Source: Phaeosaccion multiseriatum
Lineage: Eukaryota > Protista > Ochrophyta, other classes
NCBI GenBank assembly: GCA_965112735.1
Contig: OZ218957.1
Span: 3,472,001-3,536,000, forward strand
Direction of reading: 5' to 3'
Length of the DNA stretch: 64,000 nucleotides
Both the position numbers and the translations under genes were made by a program. Shown one piece after another: positions 25,791 through 38,256 of the stretch. Under the pieces are notes generated by a model. That model had not been told where the DNA came from. It saw nothing but the letters and a program-made list of their open reading frames with translations, and did no database searches. The first letter of the stretch is position 1; the number at the start of each line of letters is the position of its first letter.

Positions 25791-26804
25791 GTCGTCTTTG
25801 TCGTTCCGGCGGGCCTTCTCCTTCTCCTCCACGCGCTCCAGAGCCTGCGCATAGATAGGTGGTCAAGTGGCACGGCAGTGAAGGGGTGGGGGGGGGGGGA
25901 CGTCAGTGTAAGCTTAGCTGGAGGGGGAGGGGGAGGGGGGGGCGATTCTCCTCCATGCGACCTTCCAATACGGCAATAAGGGCCCGTCTCGCCAGCCAGG
26001 GGGGGTGGTGGCGTCCACAGGAAACGGCCAAAAAGAAAAGTTGGGCTCAGAATCATGGGAAAGGCCAAGATACATGCTCACTCTCTCACTCACCGCTAGC
26101 CTTTGATCTATTAACAAGTCGTCTCCTTCTCCCTTCGTCCGGAACACAATCTCCTGGAGACTCTGCCCCTGTCGGCTGTATTGGTAGCCGCTTTCGAGGA
26201 AGGCGGGGCAGGGTCTGGCAGGGGGGCAGGGCACAGCACAACACGCAACGAGGCGCCAAGAGACGTAAATGGCAGTGCATGACCGCGCATGGCAGGCCAA
26301 GGTCATGTCATAGTTCAGGAAGGAAATATCGCAAAGGGCACCGTGGTGCGCCATGGTAAATGATGATGCAGCACCTTCTTACCTGTAGGCCTTGATAGGC
26401 CACCACCTGAAGCCTGGGATGGCTCCCAGTCCCCCGATCACCTTTCCCCCTCCGTTGCAGCCCTTCTCCAGGTACTCCCCGCTACACTTGGGTGCAAACT
26501 TGCACGGCCCACAGGGCTGCTCGCTTGCTTCGGGCGCCGCAGGAGCTGCAGCTGCCTCTCCCTCCTCGCCACCAGCGCTATCGCTATCGCCGTCTTCGCC
26601 CACCGCTCTCCTCGATATTAACGCTCCGCGAGATGCAGCAGCCGTGTTTGCGAAGCTCCCTGCCCTGCATCCCCCCCCCAGAGTACCCAAATTCCTACAA
26701 CATGCACCACCGGAGAAAGGGGCTAACATAAACGCTGCGCATGGGTTACTCACGCCAGCAACAAGTACTACAGCAATAATCGCGGCACGCAAGGGCCCTC
26801 CCAT
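25785..26804 (-). CDS. Small plastid-targeted Cys-rich protein of unknown function
   Basis: Exons 26804-26383, 26214-26094, 25844-25785. Signal peptide plus AAF-ML; core CGPC..C..GCNGGGKVIGGLGAIPGFRWWPIKAYRPCPAFLESGYQYSRQGQSLQEIVF resembles an uncharacterised plant/algal chloroplast family (recalled, not searched). Confidence 0.8.
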
Positions 26805-27119
26805 TCTTCTTGGCTTAGTGAACGGTGATTAAGGCTGTAATGTCTTAATAATATGCTATTTTTTTTTGTTTGTCTGCCAACACAGAGCTCAGTTGGTAAT
26901 AGTAATGGCCCAGGCCCAAACAATTGGCGTTTTGCTCGACTATTTTTTTTTCCCACTTTCCCTCTTCCCCTTTCCTTCATTGTCTTTGTCTTCTCTTTGC
27001 CTTGTCTTCGCCCACACCGCCAAAAATCATGGAGCGGAGGCAGGACGCGCGCCAAAAGGGGGGTGGGGACAACCTTTGAAGTGCAGGAGCTTTCGTTTTA
27101 GAAGCACTGAGATACGACC

Positions 27120-27451
27120 ATGTCGGCAGCCTTCGCGACAGAGGGCGCCTCAGCGGCCGTAGAAGCCGCCGAGGGGAGTATTGAGACGCACCGTATTCTT
27201 GATTCGGAGGAGCAAGCGGCGGAGGTCGAGGCGAAGCGGATGTGGGAGGAGGCCCTCGTCGATGCATCCCGTACAGAGAGTGGTCCCCTTATCCAGGAGG
27301 AGAATGAGAAAGGAGCAGCCCCCTGCAGTGGTGGAAAGGGGGCACAGAAGCGCCCTGCCAAAAACAAGGTGCTTTCCTCTCGCTGGCAAGTGATGCACGA
27401 AGAGGGTTCGGCGCCTTTTTCAGACATGCGCCCGGCAGGGGGAGGAGCAGC

Positions 27452-27482
<31 letters not shown>

Positions 27483-27866
27483 GCAGGAGGGAGAGGGGGA
27501 GGGGGAGGGGGAGGAGGAGGAGGAGAGGGAGGAGGAGGAGGAGGAGGAGGAGGACGAGGAGGAGGAGGAGGAGGAGGAGGAGGAGGAGGAGGAGGAGGAG
27601 GAGGAGGAGGAGGAGGAGGAGGAGGAGGAGGAGGAGGAGGAGGAGGAGGAGGAGGAGGAGGAGGAGGAGGAGGAGGAGGAGGAGGAGGAGGAGGAGGAGG
27701 AGGAGCAGCAGCGGCAGCAGCAGCGGCAGTAGGTGGAGAGAAGGAGAGCGGTCCCGTCGTGCACTACCGGGGCGGCTCTCTTAGCTTCGTCAACCTCGGC
27801 AGTGCAGAGGGTATCTGCCCTCCAAGCGAGGGGGTAGAGCAGCTGCAGCACCACCATCACCAACAC

Positions 27867-27897
<31 letters not shown>

Positions 27898-30800
27898 CGC
27901 CGCGGCGGCGATCATCAACACGGCCCAGTGTGGAGCAAGAACAAGTATTCTTGCTGCAGCAGCACCACCACCCACAGCAAAGGCGCAACGAAGACAGCGG
28001 TGGCACCCACTCCCTCTTCGCCAACACTGTGCAAGGCAGGGCCTTCATTACAGAGGGGCCTGAGGGGGGCGGAGGAAGAGGAGGACAAGGAGAGCTCAGG
28101 GAGGCAGAGCAGGAGGACGGAGCAGAGGAGACCCAGGGGGACAAGACGCTGACTGTAACGCCAAGAGGAGGGAAGGGGTCAGGGGATGAGAGAAGTGGGC
28201 CCCACCTCGTCGCTTGCCTGCGGCCCGTCACAGCGGAGGACCTCGTGTACACGTCCTCCTTTCAGACCAAGACGCACCCGCTGTACAGCGTGCCGTCTGT
28301 GCCGGCGAGGGTGAGTGGCACCAAGAGCACACGGGAAGGAGCAGGGAAGGGGAGACCTGTTTGTGTCTGTGTGTTTGAGCCTCCCTCCTTCCCTCCCCCC
28401 CAGCCCAGCCCCATGCAATCTATGCTCCACCCGGCCTCCCCCCTCACCTCCCTCACCTCCCTCACCTCCCGTGCCTGAAGATCCACAGGAACGGGATGGT
28501 CAAGGTGTACCCCGGGGGCTTCAACACACACGCACGCACACACATGCACACACAAGACAGCAGCGGCTCCCTGCGCAGTCTACACAGCGTTAGCGCATCC
28601 AAGCTGGGGGGGGGGCAGGAGTATGTCAATGAGAGGGAGCATGTCAATGGAAGTGGTACCGGCACTGGCGCTGGCACTGGTGCTGGCACTGGCGATGCCC
28701 TCGTCTCGGAGCAGGTGGGCGTAACGGAGGCGCGCGGAGAGGCTGCGGGTTCGATTCGGCATGTGCGGTACACTAAAGTGCGCATGGGGTCCGTAGAGCC
28801 CGCAGAGCTTGTCGCGCCAGGAGGGTGCGGGGCGGAGGGGGGCGCGGGGGGAAGCAACAGGGGCAGTCGGGCGAACTTACTCTTCGACTGGGCACTTCCT
28901 CCCGACACAGGCGCGGAGGCAGGAGCAGGGGCGGGGGCCCAACTTGGAGCAGCAGAGGGACCCAATCAGAACCAGGAGCAGGGGCGGGGGTTGGGCCTTC
29001 ACCCCGCCCCTCTTGAAGGGCCCCTTCAAGGGGTCTGCGGTAGTCCTGACACCCGGCACACAGCAGCCTCTGTGCCCAGGTTGGGTCCCCCCCTGCCCAA
29101 CCTTCGCCTGGACGCTGAAGTGACATTGCCGTATCACCAACTGCCGTCAACGTCGTCCGCTGGAGCTGCCCCTGTATCACCAACGTGTGCCCCTCCTGAG
29201 GCGAGCCCCCCCCTCATGTCTCCAAACGACAACAACAGCAACACGCACAGCCACCCCAAGCACCAGGCCCAGGACTGGTCGGTGATCCACTGCCCCATCT
29301 TCGCTCCCCGGGGGGGCCGTTGGGACGGGGCTCGCGTCAAGCCTCCACGCTTCACGCCTGAGGCCCTCTCTCTGTGGACTCACTCTACGACTCGATCCGC
29401 GAGAGGTGAGAGCGCCGGAGGAGGGAGGGGGGAGGAGAGGGGAGAGAGGATGGCAGTGGATGGGGCCGGGTGGGTGCGGGGCGCAAAGAAGAGGCGCCGG
29501 AGTAGGGCTTTGGCGTTGGCCTGGCGTTTCACGAGGCCGGCCCTTGCCATCCCCTGCCATCCACTGCCATCCATCCCCCTCTCTCTCTTCTCTGTCTTCT
29601 TCTACTCCTCCTTCTCCCTCTCCTTGCCCTGCGTATCTCGTCCTGACACGTCCTCCTCCTCTTCCTCCTCCTCCTCCTCCTCCTCCTCCTCCTCCTCCTC
29701 CTCTTCTTCTTCCTCCTCCTCCTCCTCCTCCTCCTCCTCCTCCTCCTCCTCCTCCTCCTCCTCCTCCTCCTCCTCCTCCTCCTCCTCCTCCTCCTCCTCC
29801 TCCTCCTCCTCCTCCTCCTCCTCCTCCTCCTCCTCCTCCTCCTCCTCCTCCTCCTCCTCCTCCTCCTCCTCCTCCTCCTCCTCCTCCTCCTCCTCCTCCT
29901 CCTCCTCCTCCTCCTCCTCCTCCTCCTCCTCCTCCTCCTCCTCCTCCTCCTCCTCCTCCTCCTCCTCCTCCTCCTCCTCCTCCTCCTCCTCCTCCTCCTC
30001 CTCCTCCTCCTCCTCCTCCTCCTCCTCCTCCTCCTCCTCCTCCTCCTCCTCCTCCTCCTCCTCCTCCTCCTCCTCCTCCTCCTCCTCCTCCTCCTCCTCC
30101 TCCTCCTCCTCCTCCTCCTCCTCCTCCTCCTCCTCCTCCTCCTCCTCCTCCTCCTCCTCCTCCTCCTCCTCCTCCTCCTCCTCCTCCTCCTCCTCCTCCT
30201 CCTCCTCCTCCTCCTCCTCCTCCTCCTCCTCCTCCTCCTCCTCCTCCTCCTCCTCCTCCTCCTCCTCCTCCTCCTCCTCCTCCTCCTCCTCCTCCTCCTC
30301 CTCCTCCTCCTCCTCCTCCTCCTCCTCCTCCTCCTCCTCCTCCTCCTCCTCCTCCTCCTCCTCCTCCTCCTCCTCCTCCTCCTCCTCCTCCTCCTCCTCC
30401 TCCTCCTCCTCCTCCTCCTCCTCCTCCTCCTCCTCCTCCTCCTCCTCCTCCTCCTCCTCCTCCTCCTCCTCCTCCTCCTCCTCCTCCTCCTCCTCCTCCT
30501 CCTCCTCCTCCTCCTCCTCCTCCTCCTCCTCCTCCTCCTCCTCCTCCTCCTCCTCCTCCCCCTCCCCCTCCTCCTCCTCCTCCTCCCCCTCCCCCTCCTC
30601 CTCCCCCTCCCCCTCCTCCTTGTCCTCCACCACCACCACCACCACCACCACCACCACCTCCACCACCCCTGTACCCTCCAGCCATATCGAACGCAGTCTC
30701 CTCCAAGATTGGCCTTGGGAGCACCGCCACCACCACGGACACCAACAGGCATGATCATCACACGCATGAGGTTGGGCATCCTCAGATTGGGCATCCTCAG

Positions 30801-33800
30801 ATTGGGCATCCTCAGATTGCACATGTCAGTAAGGGGGCGGCTTCGTGCAACGCACTGCCCCTTGGAGAGGAGGAACAAGGGCAAGGGAAGCTTACGACGA
30901 CGGCTTCATTGACTTCATTGGCTTCCCTTCCTGCTCGTCTCAGCCTGCCCGAGGGGATACATATTCCTGATCTCCGCGCGCCGTCGCTCGACTCGTCAGG
31001 TGAGACAGCAGGGGAGTGGGAGGGCGGAGGGAGGAGAGGCGATGAGAGCAGCTCGAGGCCGCAGGGGAGTAGGAGGGCGGCTCACTCACGGTGCCTCACG
31101 CATCAGCGCTCTCTGTGCACATGGATGGGGCCTCCTTCCTTTGCTGTGTGCTTGTGTGTGCTTGTGCACTGCACCTTCTCCGACTCTGTAGGCAGCGGCC
31201 CGACCCCATTCCACGCATCCGCTTGTTCGGCCGTTCCTTCTCTACCTCTTCCTCTCTAGAGGTCCCCTCCTGTGCGGGCCCACACGCGCTGCTCCCTTCC
31301 TCTCTACCTCCCTCCCACCCACACACTCACTCTGCTCCCTCCGTCCCTTCCTTCCTTCCTTCCTTCCTCCCTCCCTCCCTCCCTCCCTTGCCCCCCTTCT
31401 TCTGCAGGGACCGTGAGTCGCAAGCCGTTCGCCTTGTGCCCGTCCATTCATCACCACCCGTCGTCGCCAAGAGGGGATCAGAGGGGAAGCTCCTCGCCCG
31501 TCACGGCTCTCTTAGCAACACCAGTTGGTGGTACATCAGCAGCACCAACAGTATGTCGACGAGGACAGGGAGGAGAAGGGGGAGGAGGAGGGCGAGAGGA
31601 GCAGGGAGGGGATAGACGGGAGGGAGAGAAGGGAGAGAACGGGGGTGGCGCGGAGGGGTCGCCACTGGAGACAGTCACAGATGGCGAGGTAGAAGGGAAG
31701 GGAGAAGGGTCATCACCATCCCCGCCCAGTGGGGGCCACACCGAAGCTTCTGCGGCTCTTCGGGCAGCACTAGCAGCAAAAGGAGTAGGAGCTGAAGGAC
31801 AGCAAGGCAGAGGAGCAGCAGAAGGAGCAGGATTACGAGTGGAAGCGGGAGAAGTGGGGGAAGGGAGAGGGAATGACGCATCGGAAAGGGCAAGTGGAAG
31901 TGTAGGACACGGAGGAGGAGGAGGAGGGGGAGGAGGAGGAGGAGGAGGAGGAGGAGGAGGAGGAGGAGGAGGAGGAGGAGGAGGAGGAGGAGGAGGAGGA
32001 GGAGGAGGAGGAAACGACAGCGGGGAGGGACACGCTTCCTCGCAAGCGCTAGGCCCAGAAGTGGAGATAACACCGCTGGGCCCACCGGGCATTGGATGGG
32101 GAGGGCTGCTGACAGAGGAACAGGAAAGTGCGCTACACTTGGCCTCTCTCCTGCCCGCAGCTGTATCACCAACTGCTGCTGCTGCTGGGGGCTCTCCGCT
32201 CCGACTCGACACCTTCGCAGAGGCTGCGCGTCCTTCGCTTACTCTTGCGGTAGTCAGACACTCGTAAGTGCTCCTCTCCCTCTCTCCCCTCCTCACCAAT
32301 ACCACTGAACAACCAATACGCTCGCCAACCCCGCCCTCCACAGAGAAATGCTGGCCTGCTCTGGAGAGGCGTCGCTGCTGCGGCTCAAGCAAAGGGCTCT
32401 GTGCTGCCGAGTGCCTACGGAGGCCTCCGTAGGGCACATCGTGAGGATTATCGGCAGCGGTTGGGGCTGGCCACTGCCCCCCCGGGAGAGGCAGAGGGAG
32501 CGGGAGAGGGAGAGGGATGGCAGTGGATGGAGCGGAGGAGGAGGAGAAGGAGGAGGAGGGGGCTTGGGAGCGGAGGCCCAGGGGGGGGGACGAGTGACGG
32601 ACTGGGTGCCGGGGGCGTGCCGGGGGGGTACCAGGGGGGTAGGCTCAGGCCATTCGCCCCGCCGCCACCGGAGAAGAGAGAAGGGCTCCTTTCTTTCCCC
32701 GGGTGAGCAGCGAGAGGAAGAGGAGGAGGAGGAGAGAGAGGAGAGGGCTGCCCTGCGGCGTTTCTCAGTCAAGGTGTTCAGCCCCGAGGGGGGTTTCGGC
32801 CCCGAGGGGGGCGGGGAGTGGGTAGAGCTGCAGACCACCGCGCAGTGGAGGGCTCTGGCTCAAATGGCGGCGACGAGGCAGACGACCAACACGCCAAGGG
32901 GTCACACTTGGCTTCGAGCAGCGGGGATTGACTTGTTCGTCACCATCGCGCTTGGGGCGGGGGGTCATCACACACCCACTGGCCAGCAGCAGCAGCAGCA
33001 GCAGTTGGTGATACGACAGGAGGACGGCGAGGAGGAGGAGGAGCTGGGGGGCCGTCTTTCAGGGGCGTTTTCTCGGCGGAGGAAGAGAAATGCGAAGCTC
33101 CTGCCCACTGAGCGGGTGCTATCGACACCGACCACCCTGCTGAGGCGAAAGGGGGGCAGGATGGCAGGAGATGGGGGGCGAGGGAGGGGACGAGAGGGGG
33201 GGGAGACGGTGGCACAGTTGGTGGTACAGCAGCAGGACGGCGCTGGCGCCAATCAACAGGAAGATGCACGGGCGGAAGGTGGGGCAGAGGCGTTCCCGGT
33301 GGGGGAGGAGGAGGCTCCTGCTATGTCACCAATTGCCCCCCCCCCTCCTTCGTTGGACCTTGTCGACGACGCGGATGGCTACAATGCCTATTCCAGCCCG
33401 CCTGCAAGCGCTCACCCCTCCAGCGACGACGACAAAAGGCAGGAGCAGAGCGAGCAGAGCAAGCAGAGGGGGCGGGGAGAGGGACGCTGCAGGACCGAGG
33501 GAAGGGAGGGGGGCAGTGGAAGCATAGGGGGCAGCACGCTGGGGGGGAGGGTGCGGCAGTCCCGTCACCATCGGCAGCGGCTGGGCCACTGAAGTCAATG
33601 AAGGAGGCAACCAAAGCGATGAGGGTCACGATGAAGTCAGTGCCGAAGGGAACAATGAGGACTTCTTCCACTGCCGCGATGATATTTCCCTGTCCGTCGG
33701 GTCGTGTTGCTCCTCTGCGGCTGCCGTCCTGCCCTCACTAAGGATGGGCATGGACAGCCCCGTTCCTAGGCAGTTGGTGGTACAGCAGCAGCACCCCGGG

Positions 33801-34274
33801 GGAGGAGGAGGAGGAGGAGATTACAAGTGTCGAATGCGTTTGAAACCGTCGCTGCTGTGCACTGGCGAGGCGACGAGGCACGCGCCAAAGAGCCGCCTGA
33901 GAGCCCCCCCGGGGAGAGGAGTGGGCGGCAGTGACTGTGAGAGCAGAGCCAAAGTGCGCATGTTTGCGCAGCGCATGGAGGCAAAACTCGGCGAGACAAG
34001 ACGGCTCAAGAGGTTGAGGAGGAGGGCGGGGCAGGGGGAGGGGCAGGGGGAGGGGCAGGCCAAGCACAAGGGGAAGGACAAGGGCAACGAGGGAGGGGGG
34101 GGAGGGGGCAAGGCCAGGCCGTCTGTCTCTGCTTCTTCTCAGCAGCAGCAGCAGCAGCAGCAGCAGCTGGTGGCGGTACAGCAGGAGGAGGGCAGAGCGG
34201 CACCGGACGATGACAACGGCGCGGATCATCGCGGTCGGGCGTTGTCGGCGATGAGCGCAGTGAGAGCACATTGA
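27120..34274 (+). CDS. Large low-complexity hypothetical protein (probable frameshift near 33540)
   Basis: Frame-consistent exons 27120-28310, 28481-29405, 30682-30999, 31408-32263, 32344 onward. The frame stops at 33592, but a +1 frame is open from 33528 to 34274. No domain recognised. Confidence 0.55.
29651..30560. repeat. Very long (CCT)n microsatellite, about 900 bp, intronic
   Basis: Near-perfect triplet run inside intron 29406-30681. Confidence 0.97.
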
Positions 34275-34426
34275 TTGGCTGAGATGAGATGATGAGCACA
34301 TTGACTGGCTGAGATAAGATGATGAATGAACCCAATATACATGCATGGCACATTTTTAGGCGTCCCCTTCCTTGTTTCCTTTTCAAGACTCCCCTCCTCT
34401 CCCATCAGGTGCCACCCCCTCAAGTG

Positions 34427-35245
34427 TTAAGGGGCGGCGGTCATTAGGCCCGGTCTGTACACGGGGTTTCCGGCGTGGCATGTCTTGACCAGCACAAGCG
34501 CCCGACGGGCACCGAGGGAGCGCTGCATCGCCATCTGTGAGAGGAGGGAGACGCAGCCCAGGCATTGAGGCAAAAGCGTAAGAGGCAATAAAGGCACAGC
34601 ACAGCACCGCAAGGCATACACAGAAGGGACACAGTAGGGACACAGAAGGGACACAGAAGGGACACGAGAGGCGGAGCGGAGGTGTGTGTGTGTTGAATGA
34701 ATGGTGCTGTTGAATGAGTGGTCCTCTTCTCCCTCCCAAACGCCCCACCCCACGCACCGTCGACCCCTTCCTACCGCCCCCAAACCCACTCCCCTCAGTC
34801 CCCTCACTCCCCTCAGTCCCCTCAGTCCCCTCACTCTCCTCAGTCCCCTCACTCTCCTCAGTCCCCTCACTCTCCTCAGTCCCCTCACTCCCCTCAGTCC
34901 CCTCACTCCCCTCACTCCCCTCACTCTCCTCACTCCCCTCACTCTCCTCACTCCCCTCACTCTCCTCACTCCCCTCACTCTCCTCAGTCCCCTCACTCTC
35001 CTCAGTCCCCTCAGTCCCCTCAGTCCCCTCAGTCCCCTCAGTCCCCTCACTCTCCTCACTCCCCTCACCCCCCCCACTCACCCCCAGCGAGGCCCTTAAC
35101 GCGTGAAGCTCACAGAATCCCACCCCCCACCCCGAACCGCGCGTGTGCGAGAATTGGGCCGACGTGAGGTACCCAATCAGGCGTGGCTGAAGGGGAAGGG
35201 ACTCGGAAGGCGAAGGGCGCCCCGCTCCCTCCTGCTGTATCACCA

Positions 35246-35285
<40 letters not shown>

Positions 35286-38027
35286 TTTCTTTGTGAGCTC
35301 TTTGCCCGGCCAGGGCCTGCCGAGCGCTTGTCCCTTGTAGAAGTGCGTGTAACTGCCAAGGTCGGGGAGGAAGAGCGCCGCCTTTGGGAGCGTTTGACAG
35401 ATGTCAATCAATCGCCGTGGAAGGGAGAAAGAGACGGAGGGAGAGGGTGAGACAAATGTGCATGTGCGTGTGTGTGTACTCGTGGGTGTGTGTGCGTGTG
35501 TGTATGTGCGTGTCCAAGCGTCATTAGCCCACTCACTCAATCACTCACCCCGGGGACGGCGACTCCCTTGGTCATTTCGACGCGCACGCAGAGAAGGGTG
35601 GGTAGCGCCATCTCTATCCGAGGCAGCGGATGGGGCAGAGGCATATGGGGCAGCGAGGGGGCGGGGATGGCACTGGATGGAGAGGGCTCGCCTTCTTCAA
35701 GAGGACTCATTGGTTGCGCATCATTCGAGGCTTCTGGAAGAAGAAGAAGAAGGGGGTGTGGTGTGGCAAAGGTGGCAAAGAAGGGGGTGAGTGAGGGGAG
35801 GAAAGATGAGGGAAGATGAGGTGAGGTGAAGAGGGCAGAGGAGAAGAGAGGAGAGGAGAGGAGAAAAGAGGAGCGGGAAGGAGAGGAGAAAAGAGGAGGG
35901 GAGAGGAGAGGAGAGGAGAGGGGAAAAGAGGAGAGGAGAAAAGAGGAGGGGAGAGGAGAGGAGAGGAGAGGGGAAAAGAGGAGAGGAGAAAAGAGGAGGG
36001 GAGAGGAGAGGAGAGGAGAGGGGAAAAGAGGAGAGGAGAAAAGAGGAGGGGAGAGGAGAGGAGAGGAGAGGGGAAAAGAGGAGAGGAGAAAAGAGGAGGG
36101 GAGAGGAGAGGAGAGGAGAGGGGAAAAGAGGAGAGGAGAAAAGAGGAGGGGAGAGGAGAGGAGAGGAGAGGGGAAAAGAGGAGAGGAGAAAAGAGGAGGG
36201 GAGAGGAGAGGAGAGGAGAGGGGAAAAGAGGAGAGGAGAGGAGAAAAGAGGAGGGGAGAGGAGAGGAGAGGAGAGGGGAAAAGAGGAGAGGAGAAAAGAG
36301 GAGCGGGAAGGAGAGGAGAGGAGAGGAGAGAGATGCGCACAGTACACACGCCACTCACCTTGAGCATCACCTTGAGCATCACCTTGAGCATCACCTTGAG
36401 CATCACCTTGAGCATCACCTTGAGCATCACCTTGAGCATCACCTTGAGCATCACCTTGAGCATCACCTTGAGCATCACCTTGAGCATCACCTTGAGCATC
36501 ACTCGGAGGAGGGACGAAGGCCTGTGCGTAGTGCCTGCAGTGAGTGACGTACACACACATGGAGAGAGGGGGGGGTGAAGAAAGAGATGGACACACATAG
36601 AGAGAGATGGAAACAGACACACAGAGAGAGAGAGAAAAGAGATGGAAACACATAGAGAGAGAGAGAGATGACGCAGAGAGAGAGATGGAAACACACACAC
36701 AGAGAGAGAGAGAAAAGAGATGGAAACACATAGAGAGAGAGAGAGAGATGACGCAGAGAGAGAGAGATGGAAACACACACGCACACACACAGAGAGAGAG
36801 AGTTGGGGTCGAAGGGGGACGGCCAGGGACAAAGCAGAGGTGACAGGGGGACGGCCAGGGACAAAGCAGAGGTTACAGAGGTGAGGGTTTCCAATGGTTG
36901 CGAGGGAGCAATGCCAGCCCATGATGGGATGGGCAGTGTTGACTGTGATGGGGTGGTGTGTGCGGCGTAGCAAGAGGGCGATCGATCACAGATAGATCAC
37001 CACATGCCTCACAGAAGGCAAACCATCACAGATAGATCACCACATGCCTAAGGAAACTCACACCCGTCCATGCCATGGTAGCAGACAGACCACCGCAACC
37101 TCCCTGCTCTTCACCGCTCCACACCGCTCCACACCGCTGTAGCTCCCCTGACATCGCTCACCATCCCCGAAGCACCGCAAAGTCCGCATGGTCCTCCTGC
37201 TGGCCCTCCTGCTGGCCCTCCTGCTGGCCCTCGTGGCTGGGGTCTGGTCCGGCAGAGGAGCTTTGTTGGTGTTGATGTTGACCTCTCCACAGCGTGTCAA
37301 ATCGAGGCCGGAAGGTGCTCCTCTCAGGCGCGTACTCCTCCCCGCCCCTGCGCGTGGTCACCTCCTTCTCACTGCTACTGGTGCTGCTGCCCTGTGTCGG
37401 CGTGCTTTTAGCCACTTTCCACCCGCGGTGCTGGGGCAGCTTGGCAAAGTAGGTACCCTCGGCTTGCTCCCTCACCTGACAGACATTGAGTCGCGCGTAT
37501 GGCAACAAAAGATAGGAGGAGAACAGCGGGAGCGCGAGCCCAACGTACGCGCACACACATGCACACACACACACACACACATACACGCACACACACACAC
37601 ACGGGCACATGAGGAGCCGAGAAGGAGAGAGAGAAGGAGAGGGCGCACATGGCGTGTCACAAACCGCTTCGACGGTGCGAAAGAACAAGAAGCAAACGAC
37701 GGTCCCATCCACTGCCATCCTCCCTCCCTCCCTCCCTCCCTCCCAGGCGCTTCCATCCCCCCCCTCCTCCCTCTATTCTGTCCTCGCTCGCCGCCGCTGT
37801 TGCTGCTGTGTCACCAACTGCTGCGCGGTAACCGGGGCCGAGGATGCAAAGGAGGGGCACCCGCCAGCCCCACACGGGCCCCATAAGGCAGTGAAACACT
37901 TACCCATTCCCAGTGGCGCTCGCCGCCTTGCGAGTCGGGAAAGTCCTCGGGGAAGTGCGCTCTGCCCAGCTCCAAGCTCAGGCACTGCTCGTCCTGCAGG
38001 GCTGTGGGGAAGGGGGGTAGATGTAGC

Positions 38028-38061
<34 letters not shown>

Positions 38062-38197
38062 TTAGAGAAGAGTAGCAGTAGTAGTAGTATTAGTAGTATT
38101 AAAATATTAGAAGTAGGAGAAGCAGTAGAAGTAAGTATAATAGAAGTAAAAGTAGAAGTAGTAGTAGTAGAAGTAGTAGTAGTAGTCGTAGTGGTAT

Positions 38198-38256
<59 letters not shown>

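Noticed and set aside
28496-31259. Long poly-S/P/G/R/E ORFs
   Set aside because: These are translations of the intronic (CCT)n run, which is stop-free in all frames.
35721-36973. Long overlapping ORFs with (VMLK)n/(SITL)n and EERRG repeats
   Set aside because: They derive from POP1 intronic repeats and from other frames of the 12-bp array.
37158-37162. Premature stop in POP1 (LRGW*)
   Set aside because: The TGA is part of the donor TG|gtgagc; splicing to 36534 restores the frame.
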